A program made the translations under genes and the position numbers. From assembly GCA_044229975.1 (NCBI GenBank), contig JBGARZ010000032.1, positions 1 to 39,807 on the forward strand: 39,807 nucleotides of DNA, written 5' to 3'. The notes beneath the pieces are model-generated. The model saw only the letters and a list, made by a program, of their open reading frames with translations. It did no database searches and was not told where the DNA came from. Positions 19,009-26,454 of this stretch are shown here, in pieces; position 1 is the stretch's first letter; every line of letters starts with the position of its first letter. Source of the stretch: Polyangiales bacterium (GTDB taxonomy: Bacteria; Myxococcota_A; Polyangia; Polyangiales; Ga0077539).

Positions 19009-20745
19009 TCAATACGGATACTCCCGAGCGAGGCGGCGGCCCTGCTCGACCGGCGTGATGTCGGGCGCGAAGAGCCAGCGCACGCCCTGGGGGTTCGCAT
19101 CGCGAATCGCCGCGATCGCCGGGGTCGGGTCAGCGCCCTGCTCCAGCGCTTCATCCAAGCGCGCGAAGATGCTCTCGATGGTCGGCCCGCCACCGTCGTC
19201 GAGCTCCGCGTGCAGGGCGGCCCTGAGCTCCTTCGCGCGGGTCGCCTGCCCGCTTGCGACCCGCGCGATCGCGTCCCAACGCCGGGCCGAGCGCCAGAGG
19301 AACGGCGGCACGTGTCTGCGATCGATGCTCGCGAGATGGTGGAGGCCCGCCGCGAAGTCCCCGCGCGTGACGAGCCCACGACCGAGCGCGAAGCGCACGA
19401 AGGCCGGGCCGAGGTCCGCGGGATCGTCGGCCGCGAGGTATGGCGCCGAGCAGCCGACCGCTTCCGACCAGCGCGACTCGTCGTCCGTGATCGCGGCGAC
19501 CCGCAGCCATTCGCTCAACGGGTAAGAAGCTTCTGCCACCCCGCCGTCGTCGAGCCAGCTCTGCGTCGCGGGCGCGAGGTGTCGCGCGGCCTTGGCGTAT
19601 CGCCGTTGCGCCGACAACGCCCGCCCGACCGCGCCTGCGAGCTTGCGCTCGGCAGGACCGTCATGGCCGTGACCCAACAGCGACTCGGCGCGCCGCAGGC
19701 AGTCGTCGATGGCGGCGACGCCCGCGTCCGCGGCGGCCTGCACCACGTGCGCAGCCATCTCGCAGTCGTAGGCGGGAACCACCGCCTCGTCCCAGTCGAT
19801 CGCGATGGACTCCCCTTGGGCGTGGCGGCGCGCGATCTGCGCCGCGACCCGCAATCGCGACGTCATTGGCGACCCGAGGTCGCTGCGCGCCGCGAGCCAC
19901 TCCGCCGAGCGGACGACCGCGCCCCAGAGCGGCAGCGGCGCGCCCTTGCGGCACAGTTCGATCAGGTCGTTGATGACGGCCCGCGCCCCGCCGCCCTCCC
20001 ACGCCGCGGGTGGCGCCTCGCGCGCCTCGGGAAAGACGCGCCCGACCGCTTGCGAAACGCTCGCGAGGCCGATCACCCGAACCCGGCGGGGCTGCCCCGC
20101 GAGCAGCGACTCGGCCTCGGCCGCCTGCTCCTGCGCCACGAGCACGGTGTCCACGGCGAGGGCGTTCTCGACGATCATCGACAGCTTGCGCTCGAGTCCG
20201 TCGACCCGTCGCAGCGAGCCGTCCGCATCGACGATCGCCGAGGCCGCGAGGCGCTCCGACACCGGGCGGCCCATGAGCTCCGAGGCCGCCGCCAGGGCGA
20301 GCGAGAGCCCGTAGGAGCGGTCGTCGAGCACGCGGTCGAGGTCGTCGCCGCGCTTGCAGATCCGCAGCGCGCTCCGCGGCCACTGCGAGGGCATCGCCGG
20401 GGCGATTGTGTGGAGGTGCGGGACGGCGCCCGACGCGCATCGGGCGGCGCGCTCCAGGCTGACGCCCATGGTCGTCCCGAAAGGGACGCCCGGCTGATGG
20501 AGCGGGTGCTTCCAGCGGAGCGCCCACAGCCCTTCCCGCGCGGTCCCTTCGGCGACCGACACCAGCAACACCTCGCCGCGTTTGGGGGGCGCTGGCGGCT
20601 GTGCGGCGTAGCTCCGCGCTGTCGCCTGCAGGGTCAGATCGCTCGGCCAGCACCAGGGAAAGGAGAGGGCGTTCTCGACGGCGCCGCGCAGGTAGGGCGG
20701 CACCGGGGCGCCGCCGAGGGCCTCGCGCACCGACAGCCGGTTCAC
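19009..20745 (-). CDS. Stand-alone Lon (S16) protease domain, no AAA+ module, followed by TPR-like repeats (578 aa)
   Basis: GTG 20745 overlaps the upstream TGA, after GGAGGAG. In DDRSYGLSLALAAASELMGRPV...VDADGSLRRVDGLERK the Ser and Lys are 43 residues apart, as in E. coli Lon S679/K722. No Walker A motif. Confidence 0.78.
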   Translation of the reverse strand: MNRLSVREALGGAPVPPYLRGAVENALSFPWCWPSDLTLQATARSYAAQPPAPPKRGEVLLVSVAEGTAREGLWALRWKHPLHQPGVPFGTTMGVSLERAARCASGAVPHLHTIAPAMPSQWPRSALRICKRGDDLDRVLDDRSYGLSLALAAASELMGRPVSERLAASAIVDADGSLRRVDGLERKLSMIVENALAVDTVLVAQEQAAEAESLLAGQPRRVRVIGLASVSQAVGRVFPEAREAPPAAWEGGGARAVINDLIELCRKGAPLPLWGAVVRSAEWLAARSDLGSPMTSRLRVAAQIARRHAQGESIAIDWDEAVVPAYDCEMAAHVVQAAADAGVAAIDDCLRRAESLLGHGHDGPAERKLAGAVGRALSAQRRYAKAARHLAPATQSWLDDGGVAEASYPLSEWLRVAAITDDESRWSEAVGCSAPYLAADDPADLGPAFVRFALGRGLVTRGDFAAGLHHLASIDRRHVPPFLWRSARRWDAIARVASGQATRAKELRAALHAELDDGGGPTIESIFARLDEALEQGADPTPAIAAIRDANPQGVRWLFAPDITPVEQGRRLAREYPY

Positions 20746-21806
20746 GGCTCCTCCACGAACGCCGCCCACCACGCGTCGGGCTCCTGCCAGGAGATGGCCA
20801 CCAGCCGCGGAGAGGCGATCGGCGCCAGGGCTCCCCAGGTCGTGGCGTGAGTGCGTGCGTGACGATCGAGGGGCTCCAGCCACGCGCGCAGCGAAGCGAC
20901 GCCGACCGCGGTGAGCAGCGTCGCCACGGAGGCCAGGTCGTCGCGCCGCTCCAGCCACGCCCGCGCGTCGTCCCGCGCGGCGAGCAGGTCGTCAGTCGCC
21001 CCGGTCGCGAGCGGCTCGAGCGCGAGGCCGAGCGCGTCGACTTCGAGCCGCGCGAGTTCCGCGGCGGCGCGGCTCGTGTCGGGCGGCAGGGCCCGCGCCC
21101 AGGCGATCGCCCGCGCCAGGGGGTCGTCGTTCGCCCGCACGCGCGCGAGGGCTGCGGCGGCGGTCGTGCGGGTGCCGCGGGGCGACCAGAGCCGTCCGAG
21201 CGTGCCGACCGCGGCGACGACGGCGAAGGCGTCCAGATGCAACGTCGGGTCGAGCGGCGCGGTCAACCAGGCTGGCGCGTCGAAGCCTCCGAGCAGCGCG
21301 TCCGCACCGGGCGACGTGACCAACGGACGCTCAGATGGCACCCCCGCGGCCATGGCCAGCAGCTCTTTCGAGGCCGCGGACACGACGCGCCCCCACTCGA
21401 CCTCGGACCCCTCGAAGCTCAGCAGGGCCTGCCCCGACGGGCCCGACAGGACGAATCGTACGTCCTCCTTGCGGGCGTCGATCAGCCAGCAGTCGGGGCG
21501 TTCGACCGCGCCACCGAGGACGTCGACCGACAGCCCGCCCGGCGTCAGCAGGAAGAGCCACGACGCCAGATCACTGCGCGCGAGCGAGGCCTCGGGCGCG
21601 CCCAGCCGCTCGGCCGTCGCCCCGAAGTCGCCGACGAGGCTCATCGCGGTTTCGAGATACTTGAGGTCCCGGGGAGCGTCGTCGGCGTGGGAGGCGAAGC
21701 CCAGTCCCACGCCGCTGTCACGCGGGAGGTTCTTGCCTTCAATCTCGATCAGGGTCCCGGGGGGGAGCCCCAGTTGCTGTCGTTGCTCTTCCGTCAGCGG
21801 CCTCAT
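20742..21806 (-). CDS. Hypothetical protein (354 aa); candidate anti-sigma factor or protease substrate by position only
   Basis: ATG 21806 after GGAG, in frame with track ORF 20742..21896. Coupled to the Lon gene. No recognisable motif. Confidence 0.7.
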   Translation of the reverse strand: MRPLTEEQRQQLGLPPGTLIEIEGKNLPRDSGVGLGFASHADDAPRDLKYLETAMSLVGDFGATAERLGAPEASLARSDLASWLFLLTPGGLSVDVLGGAVERPDCWLIDARKEDVRFVLSGPSGQALLSFEGSEVEWGRVVSAASKELLAMAAGVPSERPLVTSPGADALLGGFDAPAWLTAPLDPTLHLDAFAVVAAVGTLGRLWSPRGTRTTAAAALARVRANDDPLARAIAWARALPPDTSRAAAELARLEVDALGLALEPLATGATDDLLAARDDARAWLERRDDLASVATLLTAVGVASLRAWLEPLDRHARTHATTWGALAPIASPRLVAISWQEPDAWWAAFVEEP

Positions 21807-21868
21807 CCCAATGCTCCGATCTCGTTCACGGCGCCCCGGAGGGGGAGCCTTGTCCCGGTGACCTGGCG

Positions 21869-21895
21869 GACGACGGTGGCCCGACCCACCTGACA
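21869..21895 (-). promoter_or_regulatory. ECF-type promoter motif copy 3, upstream of hypothetical-Lon-STAND genes
   Basis: Minus strand TGTCAG GTGGGTCGGGCCACCGT CGTC, just downstream of the sigma gene stop. Confidence 0.75.
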
Positions 21896-21912
21896 CCCGC
21901 CCGGACGATTTC

Positions 21913-22611
21913 TCACCGCCGACGGAATTCCAGCACCACGCGCTCGAGCAGCGCGAACTCGTCCGCGCTGCGGCGCCCGTCCCGATGCTGGCGTGCAGCC
22001 GTGGCGATCAGCGCCTCGCGGGCCCGCTGGTGGTTCTTCATCGCGGCGTCCATGGCGCGCTTCAGATCCGCCGCGGGCGTGTCGTCGGGCAGGTTCCCGT
22101 CCCGCATGACCACCGCGGCCACGGTGACGTCGCCGTCGAAGAGCTCGAGCATCTGTCGGATCGCGTGGGATCGGCCCTCCCGATACCGCGGCTCGGTCTC
22201 CTTCAGCGTCTCGGCGATGGTCTCCTCCAGCAGCGCCATCGCGCGCCGTCGACCCTCCTCCTCGTCGACCGCGTCCGCGAAATGGACCCCTCCGTCCGCC
22301 GCGTCGTCGAAGACCTCCGGTGACGTGGGGGCGTAACGGCGGACCTTGCGGTGGCCGTCGTGCCAGCCGTTCTGGACCATGCGGTCGACGTACCGGACCA
22401 CCGCCCCGTCGTCGGTGCGCTCAAAGGACAGGGTGCCCTGCCGGGCCCGCTGCGCGAACTTCAGGAGCACATTCTGGCGGGCCTCGTCGCGGTCGACCGG
22501 GTTGTTGATCCGCCGCTCCGCCCGATCGCGCACGAGGCGGTCGAGGGCCTCCCAGGCCTCCTCGGCGTTCGCGTCGCCCTGGAGCGCCTGGATGATCTCC
22601 GAGGGCCTCAC
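21913..22611 (-). CDS. Divergent ECF (sigma-70 group 4) sigma factor (232 aa)
   Basis: C-terminal part of track ORF 21913..23541; GTG 22611 overlaps the upstream TGA. Region 2-like AWEAL..DRDEARQNVLLKF..VVRYVDRMVQNGWHDGHRK; region 4-like AIRQMLELFDGDVTVAAV..AMKNHQRAREAL. Confidence 0.72.
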   Translation of the reverse strand: MRPSEIIQALQGDANAEEAWEALDRLVRDRAERRINNPVDRDEARQNVLLKFAQRARQGTLSFERTDDGAVVRYVDRMVQNGWHDGHRKVRRYAPTSPEVFDDAADGGVHFADAVDEEEGRRRAMALLEETIAETLKETEPRYREGRSHAIRQMLELFDGDVTVAAVVMRDGNLPDDTPAADLKRAMDAAMKNHQRAREALIATAARQHRDGRRSADEFALLERVVLEFRRR

Positions 22612-23759
22612 TGCGCCCCCCGCACGGCGTGCGCCACCGCGATCCACCGCTGCGCCTGGTCCACCTCCCAGGAGCGCCCGCGCAACGCGTCGCTCGCGGC
22701 GGATCGACCGCGAAATGCTTCGGCGATCGCGTCTCTCGCGGGCCCGGCGGCTGCGATGGTGGGCTGGGCCCCGGAGCCGGGGTTCACCCTCGGCGGCACC
22801 ATGACGGACAGCCCGGTCGCGGCGGTCGCCTCCGCGCTCACGCCGTCCCACTGGTCGCTTCGCGTGATGACCCCGCGGAGTCGGTTGGCCACGAAGTCGG
22901 CGAGCGCCACGCCCGGCGCGACCTGCTCCCGGTAGGCCACCGCGCCCCACGGCAGGATGCGCACGTTGCCGTCCGGCGGCGGCACGGGGGCCAGCAGCGG
23001 AAAGGCCTCCGCCCGACGGACGCACGCCCCGAGGTCCTGGGGCATGAGCATGCGGCGCCGGGGCAGTCGGGCGTCGGTCACGTGGCGCTGCGCGGCGACG
23101 ACCCGCACCTCGTGCGCCTGCGCCGGGTTCGCTCGAAGCAGCGCGAACACCCGCTCGAAGAGCGCCGTGAGGAGCGAGAGGTACCGGTCGGTCCCGTCGA
23201 CCGCCGGGCCCCCGCCGTCGACCGCGGCGAGGATGTGACAGCGGGCGTCTCCGTACACGGCCCGCAGTTGCACGCCGAGGGCGCGGTAGCGGTCCTCCGC
23301 GCCGCGGGCCAGCGCCTCGAGCTCGGCGTAGATCATCGGGCTGGCGGCCCGCAGCCAGCGGCTGGCCGATTTGAGCGCGTCGTAGTCGGGCATCTGACCC
23401 TGCCGTAGTGCGTCGGCCATGCGGGCCAACGAGCGGTCGGGCAGCGCCCGTTGCAGCGCGGCCGCCGCGCGATCGAGGACAAGCCGGGCCGGGTGGGCGG
23501 CTCGCACGGCCGAGTCCGCCAGCGCCCAGCGGGCAATCCACCAGGCGGTCTGACGAAGCTCCGTCGCGTGGGGCGGGTAGGGCACGAGGGGGTCGAGGCG
23601 TCGAAGCGCGGCGCCGAGCATCTCGTCGGCGGCGCCGGAGGCGGCCTCTTGCAGCATCAGCCCGGCGATGAGCACGGTCTCGCCCGGAACGGCGAAGTCC
23701 CCCGACTCGTCGAGATGAAGCGTCCAGCGGGTCGGGCGACTGCGAGCGGCGTTCCCCAT
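22608..23759 (-). CDS. DUF3800-like (predicted RNase H-fold) protein
   Basis: C-terminal part of track ORF 22608..25259 from ATG 23759 (start uncertain). LHLDESGD near the N-terminus and GVALADFVAN near the C-terminus. Confidence 0.68.
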   Translation of the reverse strand: MGNAARSRPTRWTLHLDESGDFAVPGETVLIAGLMLQEAASGAADEMLGAALRRLDPLVPYPPHATELRQTAWWIARWALADSAVRAAHPARLVLDRAAAALQRALPDRSLARMADALRQGQMPDYDALKSASRWLRAASPMIYAELEALARGAEDRYRALGVQLRAVYGDARCHILAAVDGGGPAVDGTDRYLSLLTALFERVFALLRANPAQAHEVRVVAAQRHVTDARLPRRRMLMPQDLGACVRRAEAFPLLAPVPPPDGNVRILPWGAVAYREQVAPGVALADFVANRLRGVITRSDQWDGVSAEATAATGLSVMVPPRVNPGSGAQPTIAAAGPARDAIAEAFRGRSAASDALRGRSWEVDQAQRWIAVAHAVRGAQ

Positions 23760-23855
23760 GAGCTGCGCGGCGGAGGGTACACGCGGCCCGCGCGGCCTGG
23801 CCAGGGGGGAGCTTGCGCCACTGATGTCGTCGACGGACGCCGCTTGCTGATTGGC

Positions 23856-23882
23856 AGTCAGGCTGCGCGCCTTCGGCGCGTC
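23856..23882 (+). promoter_or_regulatory. ECF-type promoter motif copy 4, upstream of DEAH helicase
   Basis: AGTCAG GCTGCGCGCCTTCGGCG CGTC, then 9 nt to ATG 23892. Confidence 0.72.
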
Positions 23883-23891
23883 CCTCCAGGC

Positions 23892-26408
23892 ATGAACACC
23901 TCGTCGTCTCTGCCGTTGGCCCGTCACCTCCACTCCTCGCTCTCCTCCCAGGGCTTCGCCCTCGTCGGTCAGACGGACCTCCCCGCCCGCGCCGCGCGCC
24001 TCGTCGCGCCCCCGTCGGCGCTCGACGCCAGGGTCCGCGCCCGACTCGAGGACGCCTACCCCCGAGGCATCTACACCCACCAGGCCGAGGCCCTGGGCCT
24101 CCAGGCCGACGGCCACGACGTCTGCCTCGCCACGCCGACGGCCTCCGGCAAGAGCCTCGTGTTCATGGGCGCGGCGCTCGACCTCGCCCTGCGCAACCCA
24201 TCCGCGCGCGTGCTGGTGCTCTACCCCATGCGCGCACTGCTCCAGGACCAGGCTTCGCGCTGGGGCGCCTTCCTCGACGGGAGCGGCGTCTCCCACGCGG
24301 TCGTCGATGGGGGCGTTCCGGTCGGTCAGCGGGCGGCGCTCCTCCGCGACCACCGGGTGGTGCTGATGACGCCCGACGTGTTGCACGCGTGGCTCCTGTC
24401 GCACCTCCACGTCCCCGAGGCGGCGGACTTCGTCGCCCGGCTCGGGCTCCTGGTGCTCGACGAGGCCCACGCCTACGACGGCGTCTTCGGCACCAACATG
24501 GCATTCCTCCTTCGCCGGCTGCGCGTCGCCGCCAGGGACCACCGGCTGATCGCGAGCACCGCCACGATCGACGACCCGGAGGGCTTCCTCCGGCGCCTCG
24601 CGGGCCGCACCGTCGCGGTCGTCGGACCCGCCGCCGACGGGTCCTTCGCGCCGGCCCGCAGCATCCTCCACCTGCGGGCGGACAAGTCGAAGCGCGACCG
24701 CAACCGCGCCATGGCCAACGTCGTAGCGACGCTCGCCGAGGGCGACCAGCGCTTCCTCGTGTTCGCTGACTCGCGCAAGGGGGTCGAGCAGATCACCGCG
24801 CTGGCCCACGAGCGCATGCGCCGCATGAGCGCGGAGGTGTCCGAGGAAGGCGCGGGCCCCGAGGCCCGGGTGCTGCCCTACCGCGCGGGATACGAGACCG
24901 AGGACCGCGTGGCCATCCAGCAGGCCCTCGCCAGCGGGACGCTCGTTGGCGTGGTCGCCACCGCTGCGATGGAGCTCGGCCTCGACATCGGCGAGATCAA
25001 CGTGGTCGCCATGATGGGCGTCCCGGCGACGGTCAAGTCGTTCCGCCAGCGGCTCGGTCGCGCGGGGCGTCGCGGCCCGTCGGTCTGCCTGCTGTGCGAC
25101 GTCGATCAGGCGCTCGGCGCCGGGCCCGACGCGCTCGCCGCGTACCTCGCGCGCCCCGCGGAGCCGAGCTGGGTCTACCTCGACAACCGCTACCTCCAGT
25201 ACGCCAACGCGCTCTGCGCGGCGGTCGAGAGCGCGACGCACGGCCGCGGCGCCGGGCACTCCGCCTACGACGACCTGCCCGACGCCTTCCGCGCGCTACT
25301 GGCCAACGAGCTCGACCCGCAGACCCTCGTCGCGTCCGACCTCTATGAGCTCAAGCAGCGCGCCGCGAACGGACCGCACATGGTCTTCCCGGTGCGTCAG
25401 GGGATGGAGCAGAGCTTCGAGGTTCGCGGCCCCGGGGAGCTACCGCTCGGTCAGGTGTCGTTCTCGCAGATGCTGCGCGAGGCCTACCCCGGCGCGATCT
25501 ACCTGTACAAGGCCGTGGCGTGGCGGGTGCGCAGAATGGACGCCGCGAAGGGGCGCATAACCGTCGCGCGCGATAGGCGCGGCGAGACGCAGCCGACGAA
25601 GCAGTCGAAGGTGTTCCCCGAGTTCGCCGGGGCCATGCAGATGCAGCGCGGGGACCTCGGGTTCGTCACCGAGGCGCCGGTGCAGGTGAGTGAGAGGGTG
25701 CTGGGCTTCAGCGAGGGCCGCGGCGGCACGAAGGTCGTGCACGAGTACGGTCCGGCCTCGCCGTTCTCGCAGCGGCCGCTGAACCACTTCTTCCCGACCA
25801 CCGGGGTGTGCTGGTACTTCCCGCCGAAGGCCGTCGTCAGCGAGGGCGTGGCGGAGGCCATCCGTGCGGCGTTCTGCGAGCGCTTCAACGTGCACGAGAG
25901 CGACGTCGGGGTGGGAACGTTCCACTCGAAGGCTTCGCCTTTGGGCGCGCAGACCTGCGAGGGCATGTGCCTGTACGACGCGGTGCATGGCAGCCTGCGC
26001 CTGACCCAGCGGCTCGCGGAGCACTTCGGGGAGGTCGTCGGGCTCGCGCTCGAGCGGGCCAGGAGGGAAGGGCTCACGGGGCGCGTGGCCGACCTGACGA
26101 CGCTGGCGGGCTACGTCTCCACGACGCGGCCTGCGGTGACCCCGGCGACGGCATCGGCGCCTCTCACCTCCGAGGAGGGCGACTGGATGGACGTGGTCGC
26201 GGACGGCGAGACAGCCATGCTGACGCAGGGCGGGAACGCGCGGGAGGTCACGATCGTGGGGTTCCGGTACACGGCGCGTGGGCCCCTCTACGAGCTGACG
26301 CCCGAGGCGCCCGGCGTGCGGCAGTGGGTGGCTTTCGGAGCGGTGCAGCCCATCCACGGTCAGACCCGGGTCGAGCGGCGCAACCTGTTGACCGACGCCG
26401 TGGCGTAG
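23892..26408 (+). CDS. MrfA/SftH (YprA)-like DEAH-box SF2 helicase
   Basis: YTHQAEA, TPTASGKS, LYPMRALLQDQ, LDEAHAYDGVFG, YRAGY, MELGLDIG, QRLGRAGRR, EAYPGAIYL, LYDAVHG. Confidence 0.88.
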   Translation: MNTSSSLPLARHLHSSLSSQGFALVGQTDLPARAARLVAPPSALDARVRARLEDAYPRGIYTHQAEALGLQADGHDVCLATPTASGKSLVFMGAALDLALRNPSARVLVLYPMRALLQDQASRWGAFLDGSGVSHAVVDGGVPVGQRAALLRDHRVVLMTPDVLHAWLLSHLHVPEAADFVARLGLLVLDEAHAYDGVFGTNMAFLLRRLRVAARDHRLIASTATIDDPEGFLRRLAGRTVAVVGPAADGSFAPARSILHLRADKSKRDRNRAMANVVATLAEGDQRFLVFADSRKGVEQITALAHERMRRMSAEVSEEGAGPEARVLPYRAGYETEDRVAIQQALASGTLVGVVATAAMELGLDIGEINVVAMMGVPATVKSFRQRLGRAGRRGPSVCLLCDVDQALGAGPDALAAYLARPAEPSWVYLDNRYLQYANALCAAVESATHGRGAGHSAYDDLPDAFRALLANELDPQTLVASDLYELKQRAANGPHMVFPVRQGMEQSFEVRGPGELPLGQVSFSQMLREAYPGAIYLYKAVAWRVRRMDAAKGRITVARDRRGETQPTKQSKVFPEFAGAMQMQRGDLGFVTEAPVQVSERVLGFSEGRGGTKVVHEYGPASPFSQRPLNHFFPTTGVCWYFPPKAVVSEGVAEAIRAAFCERFNVHESDVGVGTFHSKASPLGAQTCEGMCLYDAVHGSLRLTQRLAEHFGEVVGLALERARREGLTGRVADLTTLAGYVSTTRPAVTPATASAPLTSEEGDWMDVVADGETAMLTQGGNAREVTIVGFRYTARGPLYELTPEAPGVRQWVAFGAVQPIHGQTRVERRNLLTDAVA

Positions 26409-26430
26409 TCGCGCGGTTGGGATCTCCTCC

Positions 26431-26454
26431 GACGGCGTGTTGCGAGACGCCGTC
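26431..26454. terminator. Inverted repeat between convergent genes (candidate bidirectional terminator)
   Basis: GACGGCGT-gttgcgag-ACGCCGTC, a perfect 8-bp stem. Confidence 0.45.

Noticed and set aside
17582..20850. Long plus-strand ORFs (647 and 810 aa) and similar ones at 1044-3059, 11974-13968, 14890-17163, 33292-35352 and 35000-37459
   Set aside because: Antisense shadows of motif-bearing genes, expected in very GC-rich DNA; they carry no motifs of their own.
9500..25259. Long N-terminal extensions in the ORF track (for example starts at 9966, 10600, 11359, 20958, 23451, 23541, 25259)
   Set aside because: They overlap neighbouring genes or promoters and are low-complexity; downstream starts have RBS or stop/start overlap support.
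4549..26408. DISARM system (SNF2 plus DUF1998-type helicase)
   Set aside because: The genes are about 16 kb apart, and no methyltransferase, DrmA or PLD nuclease is in the window.
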